A stretch of 64,000 nucleotides of DNA from contig NC_045696.1 of assembly GCF_009834535.1 (NCBI RefSeq), positions 54,500,001 to 54,564,000 on the forward strand, read 5' to 3'. A program made the position numbers and the translations under genes. This DNA comes from Camelus ferus (Eukaryota). Position 1 is the first letter of the stretch; each line of letters begins with the position of its first letter. The notes under the pieces were generated by a model, which saw only the letters and a program-made list of their open reading frames with translations, was not told the DNA's origin and made no database searches. This document shows, one piece after another, positions 51,101 through 64,000 of this stretch.

Positions 51101-54100
51101 TCAAGAAACTTTCTCCTATTTGTACCATCACCTCTTCCTGTTGTTTTCCTGAATATTCCACTGTTCTTTAATCCCCCTCCACTGAATGTCTACATAACTG
51201 AGAGTGCATGGTACACAATGTATCCTCTAATCAAAGATGGCTTTTACCCCTCTCTAATTGATTCAAGCATTCTCATCCTGTTTCTACAATAAGGTTAATA
51301 TGCTGTCAGGACAGAGGTTAGGTCTTAAACTTTCCCTGTACCTTTACTGTACGCTCTACAGAGAAGCCACTTCAGAAGTTCCTACTGATTAATATTTAAA
51401 ATTATCATAATTATTTTCCATCAATCCCCTCTAAATGCTGAGACAGATGTTCGGAAACAAAACAAAATACTATATCCCGCTTCACATTTTGAAGTACACG
51501 GTCAACTCAAAACTTTCAATTCATTTCCAAATTTATCATGGCAACTGATTTACCCTCTGTGTTCCCCCGAGTTAACCTTCAAAGCCATCATCTTCACATT
51601 CTCTTTCCCCCACTGACCACTATAAAGGATGAGATCTTCTAAGTTGCCTTTTTTTTAAAAGAGTGATTTTAAATGACATATTGGCTATATTACATTTATA
51701 CCCGAAATGTCAAATAAACACTACTTGTAATAATTTAAATATTGAAATACACATTTGCATTAACTATAAAATTGTATCTTTAGAAAATGATTCATATCAG
51801 TTCTTTGGCGGTGGGCAGTGACACTGAAGGCCACCTATTTCATCCAAGAGACAGGCTGGTTTCAAACAAAGCAGTGTGCACTGTCATCCCCACAAGACCT
51901 GTGAGGATGGGTTGGTTACAGGGCCTGTCTGCGAAGGGGACCCCCACAAGCTGTAACTCTGGATCTAGGTGCTGTGACCCTACATCCTCATTAACAGCCT
52001 TGTCAACTGCAGAAATAGTCACAGAACATTATATTCTCAGTTCCCTCCTCCTGAACTGATTGGGCCTAAAGAGAGTATCACGTGGATGTTAGAAAGGGTG
52101 TTTGAATGCAGTGAAAACAGCCAGTTAATCATGGCATCAGTAATGCTAAGCTGTCTCCCAGCTGCAAAACTAGGGGCTGAAACAAAACCCCATTAACTTG
52201 TCCATTTCAGCTAGCAACTGTAGTCTCTATACACCATAAAACCAGCTCTGGTACACTCTGGGATACAAAGAGGTTGCCAAAAAGGTGAAAATAAAAAAGC
52301 CTAGTTTGTTGCTTTACAGCTCTCCTTAAGACTGTCCATTTCAGTTCCCACTAGACTTTACACTAATAGGTCATTTTAGACAGACCCTAATTCTGACTGT
52401 GTGTTGTGTTTCCCCCACTAGTCCGTGTCTAAGCTGAAGTATATGCCCTTCTTCAAACTCACTTCACTGCCATTCTCGCTACACAAAGGTCTCCTCTTTG
52501 AAGCTTACATTCCCTATGTAAACGACCACCCTTATTTTAGTAGTTTCACAGCATTTGGGTTAAAACACCTAATTTTACTACTGAGATCACAAGCCTTTAC
52601 AAAACCATAACAATTTGGTGCAGAGAAAAATAAAGTGAGTTACTTTATGTGTGATTAAAAACCCATGACATGAAACTCTAAGACTCACAGACCTCTGCTT
52701 GTTCAGAATTAAACACCCAATCTCTGAAGGAAATCTGTTCCTTTCATATCTGAATCAAGAAGTAATAAAGGTAGACATCCATTCTGACATCCTCAGGGGT
52801 GGCAGAAGATTGGTCACAGATCTGTAACTAATGAAGACCCCAAGAGTGTAACATAAATTACACAAAATGGAATTACAAGTGAAACCTCTGTCATAAAAAG
52901 TCTTGGTCATTTTCTGAAGTAGATGTACTTTGAAGGTCTCTTCAATTTGTACCAGTGACTTACTACTCCTGAGTCTGTTAAGATATACTGGTTTTCTCAA
53001 TAACACAGAGAAAGTTCTGGGGTCCAGAGACATAAATTTTAGCAAAATTATTTATTCTACCTCTCGGTCACCGTCCCTTTTCCCCATCCTCCGCTCCACC
53101 GGAAAACTGTCTTGTGGAGACGTATGAACTAAGTGATGTCACACCTTTTTGTGCTATAAGTTGCCAACAACATCTCCATAATACACCTAGAAGCCCCAGG
53201 TAGCTCTTTTCATTCAGTTATTAAGTATATATATCAAGCATTTACTCTCTGCTAGGGAATAAAAATAAATAAATAAATAAGAGACAAGAGGGTTCCCCAC
53301 ACTGATGGCACTTAAACTCTGCTCATACTTTTCTTTCCTAAAATTATAAGGCCAAATCTTCTTTTCCTTGACTTAATCTATAAGCAACTCTGAAAGGTAA
53401 AAATATGCATTACCCTGGAAAAAGCCTACAAGATGGACCCCATGGGTCTGACCCCCTGTGTTAAGAAAATGACTACTCTCATGCCAACTAGAACATTTTC
53501 CTAAAATTCCAAAACACCTTAAATCATGACCACTGTGGTTGAAACCAACAAAGAATGAAAGCTGGCCCAGCATTATGACAAATAGTACATTAGCAGGCTT
53601 TGAGAAAATCATTTTCTTTTCTTTTTCTACACAAAGTCAATGTGTGTACTATTCTGAGGCTCAATTCTCTGAAGCTGTATTAACAAGCTAGCTTCTGTTC
53701 AATCCATGGCAAGATACTGACAGGTGTAAATTAACCAAGAACAACTGAAGAGCTGAAAAAAATACCAAAGAGGGAGATTGAGGCAAAGCAACTAGAGGAA
53801 AGAAGGGCATGGTTCTTCCTTCCCTGAAGTCAAGCAGATCCATGGGTTGGGCCAGGACATTTGTCCTGGGCCTATGTCTTGAGCTGTGTGTGTCCTGATG
53901 CAAGCTGTCTGATGCTCTGCATGCCAGCTCTTTGGTCATCATACAGCTTTAATTTACAGGATGTGAAACCGCAACATTAATGCTCAAATTACAGAATTAA
54001 CATTAAGAGTCTTCCTGCTTTATAAAACGGATGATAATGCAAAGTGGAAGCTGTTTCGTGGTTCCGACACATCAGCTTCCCACAAATGCCAGAGTTGGCT

Positions 54101-54933
54101 GCTTTTTAAGTCAGAAGCAAATATGCCAATTTGTTTCTATTCAAGGTCATATAGTGGTTTCACTTAGAAGATTGCTCTGAACCCAAGGGTCACAGTTTCC
54201 CCATTAAGGTGGAGAAAAGTAATTGGGTCTACCCACTGCACAGTGTTTGTATTCTTTTCAAGTTGACTATAAATCATAAGAAGGAAAATAGTGTATATTC
54301 TACTATCTTAAGTCTCCTTGGTGTCTAGAAAGACTATCTTTACAACAGAATCTTTTCACCCATCTATTTATTCATCTCGAGTATCTGATATCTTAAAAAA
54401 CCCACAGGTCAGTAGGTTCTGATGTGAGCTTCTTGAGAGGTGGACAACATCTTACTTAACTTTATGCACTATGGCCATACCAAGCCAGACTTTTTCACGC
54501 AATAGGCACTCTTGATTTATATGTTAGTTTATGTTCACTGACCCACCAGAATCCCCAGCATGGTTGGGGAGACTACTTATGAAGCAAAATAGCACATAAA
54601 GCAGTGTCAGGAATGAACTCTAGATATCCAGAAAAAATGGAGAGCATTGTAGATTGGAGGCCCAAGGAGAAGGTAGTGCTCAAAATGGGTCTTGATAGTC
54701 TGAAAGGCCAAGAGAAGAGAAAGAACATTTCCCCCTCCCATGTTCTGTTGGGGAGCACGGTGCACAAAAAGGCTTGAAGCTGAGATTAAGTAAAGCATGT
54801 AGGTAGCAACACTGAGCTAAGGCCCTTAAAAGCAATTATTCTAAGCCTCAGTTTAGCATTTGTCAAGTGGCAATAATAGTACCTATTGTGACAGCTGACA
54901 ATTGTTGCCATGTAAGAAGAGTCTCTGCAAATA

Positions 54934-55266
54934 CAGCTGACCTTTGAACCCCATGGGTTTGAACTGTGTAGATCCACTTATATGTGGATTTTTTTCAGTA
55001 AATACATATATGTACTATAAATGTATTTTCTCTTCCTTATGATTATAACAAAATTTTCTTTTCTCTAGCTTACTTTATTATAAAACACAGTATATAATAC
55101 ATAGAACATATAAAATATGTGTTAATCAATTATTTATCTTATCACTAAGGCTTCCAGTCAACAGTAAGCTACTAGTAAAGTTTTGGGGGAGTCAAAAGGT
55201 GTACGCAGATACTTGACTGTGTGGGGGTTGATGCTCTTAACCCCTACATTGTCCACGGGTCAACTC
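54934..55266. mobile_element. Tigger2a/MER28-like DNA transposon
   Basis: TIRs 'cagctgacctttgaac' and 'gtccacgggtcaactc', TA on both sides; internal 'gggtttgaactgtgtagatccacttata' and 'ttttgggggagtcaaaag'. Confidence 0.9.
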
Positions 55267-55689
55267 TATTTCATCAGGAAATAGAGCAAGTTTATACTTC
55301 AGTTTAAGCATTTATGGCCACTTACTGGCTATGTATTTTAGTGTAGTTTTATATTGTCTCAGAATCTTAGATTCTTGTTTGGTTTTTAAGATTAAACAAG
55401 ATAATGAGTGTAAAACATAGAGGATAAAGAACTCTCATATAGAAGCACAAAGAAAACACTTAATGTATAGTAGCAAACTTTATTAATAGTATGAAATATT
55501 TGGCTGTTTCTTCTAGGTAAATTGCAAATAAAAATAGAACATAGGTAAAATGAAAAGATGCAACAGGTAGTAGAAATCCCCTGCCAATGTGGCCATCTGT
55601 GACGTTTTCTAGAAGAGGGAATAAACACTGTTGATTGTCTACTTTTTTTCCCTAAGAACTTGGGAGAGCTGATCAATTGAATCCTTATA

Positions 55690-55862
55690 ATAAGCTTGCG
55701 TGCTAGATATTCATTTTAATTCCTATTTTCATATGAGAAAACTGAGGCTTAGAAAAATTCAGTAACTTACCCATCTACACACCGATATTAAGTGGCAAAG
55801 GATTTAAAGCCAAGTCTGTTTGGCTATAAAATCTGTGCTCTCCCTGAGCAGTTCACAGCCTC
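55690..55862 (-). mobile_element. MIR SINE
   Basis: 'cctattttcatatgagaaaactgaggcttagaaaaattcagtaacttaccca...aagtggcaaaggatttaaagccaagtctgtttggct'. Confidence 0.8.
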
Positions 55863-56349
55863 CCAGATACTCAGGTAGCCAGAAATCAGTCTGCAGTTGG
55901 ATGAGAAGTTTTCATATTTAAATAGTCATAGACATCTAGGCAGGGAGGGGCCTGCATTTTTTTTGTTTCTTTTACTTTCTACTTCTACCTAATTTGTCTT
56001 TCCTCATACTTTTAATAGAAGTGAAAATTTGTACATAATGTGGTTTATGAATAAAAAGAAAGGCCCCTTTCAGAATATTTTTTAATCATCAAGATACAAA
56101 AATATCAATTTAGAGTAACTGAGCCCCAACATGGTTACAACCGATTCACTTCCCACTCCTCTATGAAGTCAGACTCGGACAGTTTCCGCAGAATGTTGAT
56201 GGCCCAAATCAGTCCATCAACCAGCTATTACATAATGTACAAGCAACAAATGCTTTGACTATTGTAGAAATAGTTACCTGGGATCCTTTGATTTGATACT
56301 ATAGCACATTAGATAGGACCTTTGACTCCCGAGATGTCTAAAGAATCAA

Positions 56350-56520
56350 GAAGAACACAGACCCTGGAACCAAAGAGCCCTAGGTTCAAATCCCAGCTCT
56401 GCCACTTGCCGGGAGTGTGGCTTTCAGCAAGTTACCTAACCTTTGTAAGCTCTGACATCCTCAACTGCATGGGAGTGCCCAGTACAACCATTCATTGGTC
56501 TTTGTGACAACAAAGTGATG
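56350..56520 (+). mobile_element. MIR SINE
   Basis: 'ctaggttcaaatcccagctctgccacttgccgggagtgtggctttcagcaagttacctaacct'. Confidence 0.8.
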
Positions 56521-56739
56521 ACCATCAGCCAGATAAAAATAGTAGACAGGACAGGTGGGCCTGTCCTCAGTAAGGGAGGAAAATGTTCCACAATTTCAAA
56601 AATACATAATGAGTACAAACAATGAAAAATAATAAAGGGCCCAGAGCTGGACTGGGAGAGAAGTTAGATGAATGGCTCATGCTAGCCTCTCATACTGGCA
56701 CCATTCTAAGACCAGGCCTGAGGACATGTAAGAGCAAGG

Positions 56740-57000
56740 CTGAAGAGTGAGGGGAAAGGCATTAGGTTAACAGCATACGCAAAGGCTTACATATGGGAAA
56801 GAACTTTCACTTTGGGAAGCTGAAAGCAAGCCTAACAGTTTCCTCCTGGAGTGGTGGGAGAAAAAAGAGTAAGCTGAAGTCATTAACAGTAGCCTAATCT
56901 GATAGGAACTTTGTAACCCATGTTAAGAAGTGTGGCTTTTGTTCTAGTGCATTGGGAAGCCACTAAGGGGCTTTAAGCGGATGTGATAAGACATGTGCTC
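56740..57000 (-). mobile_element. L2 LINE fragment
   Basis: 'ttgtaacccatgttaagaagtgtggcttttgttctagtgcattgggaagccactaagggggctttaagc'-like L2 body motif. Confidence 0.65.
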
Positions 57001-59089
57001 ATTTTTTCCATTGGAGGTAGAGGGTGTAACACAAGTGAAATCTTGGCATTTGATTATTGAGATTCACATCTCATCCTTTCCTAAAGTTCCCTAGGAAATT
57101 CTCTCTCTCTCTCTCTGAACTCTCTTCAACCCCTCATGTTTGAAGAACCTAGAATGTGCTCTGATGGTAAAACCATGTTTGATTTTAGTGGATTATTTCA
57201 TTTCTGATATAACTATGTAACTTGCATTTGTGTGTAGGTCTATGTATAGATGTGTACATATGTATATATAAATATATGTGAGTGTGTATAAAATTAGGAG
57301 AGTAACTTGGCTTTCAGTAGTCCATTCGGCTTCCTTAAAGCACTAATTTCCTCATGCATAAAATGCTGAAATAAAAAATATATATGGATAGTACTTAATG
57401 CTAGGTCTGGCGCATAGGAAGTAACTCAATAAATATCAGCTATTATGAATTAGTTGTAACAAAATTATAAATGCAACCCTTGAGATCACAGAAAGGAGCT
57501 CTTATATGCTTGTAGATGTTTAAAAGAAATCCAGTAAGTCATCACTTCCAGGCTACACATTAGACAAAATGACAGTGTTTAGCAAGGGCCTCCAAATAGA
57601 TGCTTGAAGAATCTAGCTGCTCTATGTGGTTTGTCTGTCTAGTGCCAGACATTTTATTTCCATACTGTTTGCTCAATTGGCCAACTTTAAGGGAGAGCAG
57701 GGAAGCTCTAGTTAGACACTGTGCCCATTAGTCTCTATAATCTCACACCTTGTTGCTTTCAACAAGTACATTTTCTTCCTGCCTCATGAAGAAAGATCTC
57801 ATGGTTACACATATTACGGCCCTTAACACAGCTTGCTAGGTTTCCTCCAAGAGTATGAATATGGAGAGGTTCTGCCTCCAACCAGAAAGGGTTTTAAGAA
57901 ACCCATTTTATCCTTTCTGGGGAAGACTGCTCCATACCTGCTTTGGTGACTCACATAGGTGAAGCCTATCTGAATAATTTGGAGACTCAGTTAGGTGAAG
58001 CATATCTGAATTATCTAGTTATGATCATGGTCTCGAGTGCTGTAAATCCTTTAGCACATCCTCCCAAGAGATCAGGTCTCTGAAACCTTCTGGACAAAAA
58101 CAGATTCTTCTTCCTCAATCATCCTTCCATATCTCAGGAGGACCTTGATCTTGAAAACCAATCCAGCTGACCATGCATCAGTTTAAATGCCCCATTCCCC
58201 CTGTTTCCTTCCACTGCTGCAAAACGAAATAGAGGACACATGATCATCCTACTCAGTGGCATCTCCCCCATGACACTCTGCCCAGATCCATTTAGATTGC
58301 TAGTTAAAATAAGCCCACTGAGGATAAAATATTTTCTTGTTTTATTTTGTATGGTAAGCTTGCTGAGCCATCAGTGCCTTATGGAATTCTGATGGGAATT
58401 CTGGAAACAACTCTGAGTGAGAAAATGTCATATGGGAATGATGACATGAAGACATTTTACAGTTTCCCCAGACAGCACACTAGAGACAGACATGCATATG
58501 GCTTCCGCATTAAGAGTGCATGGTTGGAACCGCCCGGGGAAAGAGTCACCAGGTGCCTGTTAGCAGGCTATCTGCTCCCTCTGGGCTCTGGCCTCAGCTG
58601 ACAGGAGTCTCTAAGGAACACCATCTCGCACATGGATTGCAGTTCAGCTTTGAAAACTACTTGCTGCTGCAGAATGAGATGTGTGAGCTGATAAAGACAC
58701 CAATGAGGAGAGAAGCAAACATATAAATAAATGGATGGACTTGATATATAATTTCATGTTTGAATAACATTTAAAATGCCCACAGTGTCATTTTTTGATC
58801 TGAGTTTCTGATGTCAAAAAAACAGGCATTCATCTAGGAACAAACATACAAGGTCAAAGGATTGTCATTGTGAAGTATCTCAAAAACAATACCTTGACTG
58901 AACAACGCATTCCGCAATGGTGAAGAAATGCAATGTTAAGAGCCAAAAAGAAATACAGGTCCTAAAAGCAATCAATTAATGAATCACATATATATAAACA
59001 GCCTTAGATAAAAAAAAGAAACAAGTCAAAAGTCAGTAGGATGAAATTTGAATTTGAAACTAGGCTGGAACAATGTAATTAGAAGAAGA

Positions 59090-59250
59090 GTGATGTGGTA
59101 TTAAACAGGACTCAAATTTTCCTAGGGTATAATCTTATGTATTCTGAAGTAATAAATACCTCATTTTCTCTACCTCAGTTTCATCATCTGTGAAATTGGA
59201 ATAATGGCACCTTCGGGGAAAATGCTGAGGATTAGCAACTTAATGTTTAC
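59090..59250 (+). mobile_element. MIR SINE
   Basis: 'ctctacctcagtttcatcatctgtgaaattggaataatggcacct...tgctgaggatta'. Confidence 0.7.
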
Positions 59251-60399
59251 CGCATTGTTTATTGTAATAAATTCTTTAGAGACTGGAGTAAGTGTGTGGT
59301 GAATGCAGAATGAGGTGAGTAAATCAACATAAATAAAACCTCTGCATATACAGTATATGCATAAATAGAAAATAAATTACATGGAGGAGGGTAATAAAAT
59401 ATTTTCTAAGTAGAAGGAAGAAACCCTAGAAAGTATAAAGATGGGTCATTCCTAATGGGTGAAAATATTCCACATAACATATTGCCCATCACCAAACATC
59501 TGATTTATACCAGCCAGCTGCAATCTGAGTAAGCCTTAAATGTGTATTTATATTTTTAAATGTCAAGAAGATGACAGTCTGAAAAAGGAAGCATTTGCAG
59601 TTGTCTGAGCTTTAGAATTCCTTCCCAAGGAAGCATCTGGGCTTGCCTAGAGTTTGAAAAATACGTTGTCTCCCTTTCAATGGTTATTTTTCTAATATGT
59701 CTCACGACCATGTAATGCTATGTTGCCTGGAGTAGATGTCCTGGGGCATCCAGAGAGTCAAACTGTCTGTCTTTATTTCTTCCATGCCAATGGCTGTGTA
59801 CGCTCAGTGAAATTATATATTGGTATCTGGGAAACCCAACTCTGTCTTTCAGAAAAATTCAAAAGATAAGCAAACTTTAGCCACCTTGGAAACCACAGAG
59901 CATTTTCAAATTTTATCAACATTCATAAGGTTCACTCAGTCTACTATTAATTTTTTGAATACATTATTTGGCACCTGGTATAATTCATGATAGGGCATTA
60001 GCAGTGCGCCAACTTGCTGCTCTCAAGCATTGAGCCCCCAGTGCCTCAGATAGTGCCAAATGGTTGAGAAGTTTAAGTTTTAAAATGTAAAGCTTGCTGT
60101 TACTCTTGTTTCTCATCCTTCTTCAACTATTTTCAAAACAATGAATGCATACAAAGATTATGAACAGGAAACATTTGTAAGATTTGCCCAAAAATATCAC
60201 TAAGACATACAGCTAATAAAAATTTAAAATTGATTTTGAATGGCTTCTCTGTTAAAGAGAATAATGTTCTTGAGTTTGAAACAGTAAAGTAATAGTCAAC
60301 AGACAGTCAATTTGTTGGTTAAGGTTAGTTTTAGGGAAATGTAGCTCAAGATGGGTGAAGAAAGTGGGAAAAGAACATCCAGTTACTTTAAATGATATT

Positions 60400-61430
60400 A
60401 AATCTTCCTGCTGAGACAAATTACAATCTTGGGGTATTGATAAATTTCACAATTGAAGGAAATTAATTACTTGGAGTGTTTTTAAAGAAATAATGGAGAA
60501 TTACAAGGGTGACAAAGACAAAGACAAGCAAGGTATTTGATTTTCAGAAGAGAAAACATGAATTGTGTGAACTGAAGAATTTTGATGTTGATTCTGAGAA
60601 AATAATGTAATACGTATGAAGAGACATCATGGATTTACTAAGAAGAGACCAATTCAGAGTTTTTAAAACTTCTTTTCCCACTATGCAACTATTAAGGTTT
60701 TTTATATGTGAGAAGTGCAGTAGGTATGATTTATCTGAATTTTTAGTAAAGTGCTTCTCTCCATTCTCAATGCCCTTATCGGTAAAGATCAAGATGTGAG
60801 GACCAGATTAGTAATAATTAGTTGGATTTGTAACTGATAGATCAATGACAACCATAAGGTATACCTGATGAATGGATCGGAGTATTAACTAAGAAATATC
60901 TAGAAAGTTGACATCAGGCTCTGTTCTGGATCCTACTCTATTTAGCATTTTAAAAAATAATTAAATTAAGCAAAGACCACATTTGTAAATGAAATGAATA
61001 TGGGGGCAGGAAGAAGGAATTGTCTGGGTGATAGAACCAAGGGTTTAAAAATAACTCAACACACTAGAAGAATGAAACAAATTTACATCAATGAAATATT
61101 TTAAATATAATGTCAGGTCTTATGAGTGATCACAAACTAAATTAAACAGATGACTATGAGGGAGTGCAGGAATAACAGCTATGCCTAGGGGAGAAATGGC
61201 CTAGGTTTCTAATTCCACAATAGGAACTGCCAAAAATATCTGATGCAAATTTAGGTAGCAACAAGCATCTAGGAATTATCTAGAAAGTGGAAGAAGATAA
61301 TTCTACTTTACTCTGAAACATTTACATCATTCCTAGAGAATTATATACAATGCTGAGTCCTGCAGAGATAAAGATAAACCAAAATAACATTCTAAAGGGA
61401 GGAACTCAGAACCACTGCATATGACACAGA
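60400..61430 (+). mobile_element. CR1/L3 LINE fragment spanning the RT domain (highly decayed)
   Basis: Recognisable coding relics in order: 'catggatttactaag' (HGFTK), 'atttatctgaattttagtaaa'-like (IYLDFSK), 'tggatttgtaactg' (WI.NW), 'cagggctctgttctgg'-like (QGSVL.P.LF). Confidence 0.7.
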
Positions 61431-61844
61431 GGAAAAATGAGGCCATGTGACTTGGACACCAGGTCAATATGAGTATTAGCACCCACTGAAAAGCTGAGGA
61501 CATTTAGGAAACAATCCTTTCAATACTGAGAAATAGCTTTACTCCTCTAAATTTTATTTCTTGTGTTCTAAAAGTGATTTTGCCATGATTATATCATTGT
61601 AGAAAATTGAGAAAACCTGTAACAATACATAAAAGAAAACTGTGTGATTATTGTTAGTATTGGGTCTGTTTCATTGCAGTTTTTGCATATATTTACAATT
61701 GTGCTATAATTTTGCATACAATCATTTAGCTCATATCATCGAAGCTTTATTGTATTAGTTAATATTTACCTTCTTAAGTCTGAAGATTTTATAAGCATGT
61801 CCAGAAATGAGTTTTTAACTTTGCTTTTGAAATGAAGCAACTAC

Positions 61845-62352
61845 AACGTATTAGATTCTCAGGCACTGCCCAAGATGTTGGGGACACCACAAAGAACAAG
61901 AGAGACAGTATCTCAGCTCTTGTGGAGTTTATTACTTAAGGGTATGTTATTGAGAGGGTCATAAAAGACACACACAAGCAAGCAAATAGAATAAAAAGAT
62001 CACTTCTGATAATGGGTACCATAAAGAACTTGATTTGTTAAAAGTCCCTCTAAAGATGTATGACATTCAAACTGAATAAGAAGGAGCAAGCTATGCCAAA
62101 ACCTTACAACAGACAGTTTCAGGCAGAGGGAATGGCAAATAGGAAGATCTGTAAAGGTAAGAATAAACTTGATGCACTTGAGGAATAGAAAGACAGCCAT
62201 TGTGGCTTGCTTTTGTTAAGAGAAGACGAGGGTGGGACAAGATGAGGTCACAATGATAGTTAAGATGAGGTTATGGCAAGGTCTTTGATGTTACACTGCA
62301 AAGGGAAATCTTTGGAGGGCTTTAGAGCAGGGAAATCACCTTATCTGGTTTA
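61845..62352 (-). mobile_element. L2 LINE fragment
   Basis: 'caggcactgcccaagatgttggggacaccacaaagaacaagagagacag...cagtttcaggcagagggaatggcaaataggaag...tggagggctttagagcaggga'. Confidence 0.75.
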
Positions 62353-62353
62353 C

Positions 62354-62754
62354 TTTTTTTTTTTTTTTTTCAGAACTGAAGTATAGCTGATGTACACTAT
62401 TATCTAAGAGTTACAGGAGTACAATACAGTGACTCACAATTTTTAAAGGTTATACTCCATTTATAGTTACTATAAAATATTTTCTATATTCCTCATGTTG
62501 TACAATATATCCTGTAGCTTATTTTATACACAATAGTTTGTATCCCTTGATCCTCTACCCCTATACTGACTCTCCCCTCTTTCCTCTCCCAACTGGTAAC
62601 CACTAGTTTATTCTCTGTATCTGTGAGTCTTCTTTTTTGCCATATTCACTAGTTTGTTTTATTGTCTAGATGCTGCATGTAAGTGATATCATATAGTATT
62701 TGTCTTTCTCTGTCTTATTTCACTTAGTATAATACCCTCCAAGTCCATCCATGT
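62354..62754 (-). mobile_element. 5'-truncated L1 3' end (cetartiodactyl-type), T tail at left
   Basis: Poly-T, then 'gaagtatagctgatgtacactatt...gtaagtgatatcatatagtatttgtctttctctg...ccctccaagtccatccatgt'; related to 9621-10281. Confidence 0.9.
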
Positions 62755-64000
62755 AAATAAGTAAGGTGACTGTCAAGACTAATGACCAAATATAGGGACA
62801 TGGTAGGGAGAAGAGAATAGGAAAACAGAATTCAGAGTGATTTAAAAAAAATCCTTTAGTAAGCACAAATCACATAAATAAATTATATAGGTTAAATCCT
62901 TATAAATGAACACCAAGGAACTACACTATCTATTTAATTATCACTAAATATTGCTCTTTAAAGTCAGCCATGCTGGATGGAGTACAGACATACTTTTTGC
63001 TGTACTGGGATTGGTATTTGTTGCCATCAGAATTCTCCTGGGGTCTCAGTTCAACTGCTTAAAATGTCCTTTTTAAGGGATGGGGGAAGGGAACTATGCC
63101 AGGGAAAAGCAAGAAGCTGATGAAAGAAATCCCTCAGCCTACTCTGTAGGTCTCCTGAAGCAAAGTGGAGCCTAGCGCCAAGGTGGGGAGAAGGCACCCC
63201 ACCTGAATGAAGCTGGGCCACAGCCGGTGCAGGTAAAAGCTTGCTGGCACAGCCATCTTCTTCTCTATCCTCAATCCCTGCAGGCAGCCCCACTCCCAAC
63301 AGCAACCATGGCTGCTTGGGTCAGCCTCGGCCGTTTTCCAGTGTCCTTTGTAGGTTGACCGGTAGAGTTCTTCCAATGATGCTGAAACTTTATTGGGCCA
63401 AGAATGCCTAAAAATGACCAATATCACAAAGTCTCAGTGCCAAGGCCTTTTTTGAGTAGCTTGGAGAAAAGATTCAGAAACACACAAGTATTGGGACCAT
63501 CAGGCAGTCATCTAATTCCCAGATGGCCTGGTTTGTTCTTTTGGGTTGTCTTCTCGGGCCATAAACCATCACCTCTAACACATTTTAGTGCTTTGTCCAT
63601 TGCACACATCTTGCTGGGTTAACAGCGTGACCTCTTGCTCCTGGCCACTGCAGATCCTTTTTTTTTTTTTTTTTTTTTGAACAGGCAGGGAACAAACCAA
63701 CAAACCAATTCCCTCTGAAAGCCTACTCCACAGTTCTCTCCGAAAGCCTACTCAATGGTAGATTCAATCAGTTCAGTGGAAAATACATTGCGTGTTTGCT
63801 GTGATCCTAGAGAAAATTACCACTGAAAGTTCCCAAACAGTTTTGGGGGCCACTGAGAACATTCTAGTAGCAGGACTAAGGCTTTTATACTAGACTCTCC
63901 ACAAAAATGAAGGAAAGAGGGCATGCCCTTCAGCATTTACTAATATAATCCTAGGAAGTTCCATTCAAACACAAGGAGGTGCTGCAATTCTCCATCAGAA

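Noticed and set aside
63051..63622. Cluster of 70-97 aa ORFs in GC-richer sequence
   Set aside because: No recognisable domain, mostly non-ATG or weak starts, and no convincing splice-site pair.
63717..63753. 12-bp direct repeat gaaagcctactc with a short spacer
   Set aside because: Only two copies; a local microduplication, not an array. No CRISPR-like or prokaryotic structure was seen anywhere in the window.
1..64000. L1 orientation bias as evidence for host-gene strand
   Set aside because: About six plus versus four minus L1 fragments is too few and too balanced to be informative.

Overview
This is mammalian nuclear DNA, AT-rich and CpG-depleted, most likely from a camelid: it carries a tRNA-derived SINE matching my recollection of the vic-1 type at 41557-41673, plus cetartiodactyl-type L1 3' ends. 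I found no recognisable protein-coding exon, RNA gene or prokaryotic system. The ORF track is explained by chance ORFs, L1 ORF2 remnants and microsatellites. The window is a mosaic of old interspersed repeats (MIR, L2, CR1/L3, L1M, Tigger2/MER2/MER20 DNA elements), a few younger 5'-truncated L1s with target-site duplications, and microsatellites, with repeat-poor blocks that may be regulatory. This fits a very long intron or an intergenic tract. The best non-repeat signal is on the minus strand at 14798/14797: a long polypyrimidine tract and AG followed directly by a perfect GTAAGT, then a 124-nt stop-containing exon and a GTGAGT donor. This is the architecture of a vertebrate recursive splice site with its RS-exon. 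Repeat calls were made by eye from remembered consensus sequences, so boundaries are approximate and subfamily names tentative.
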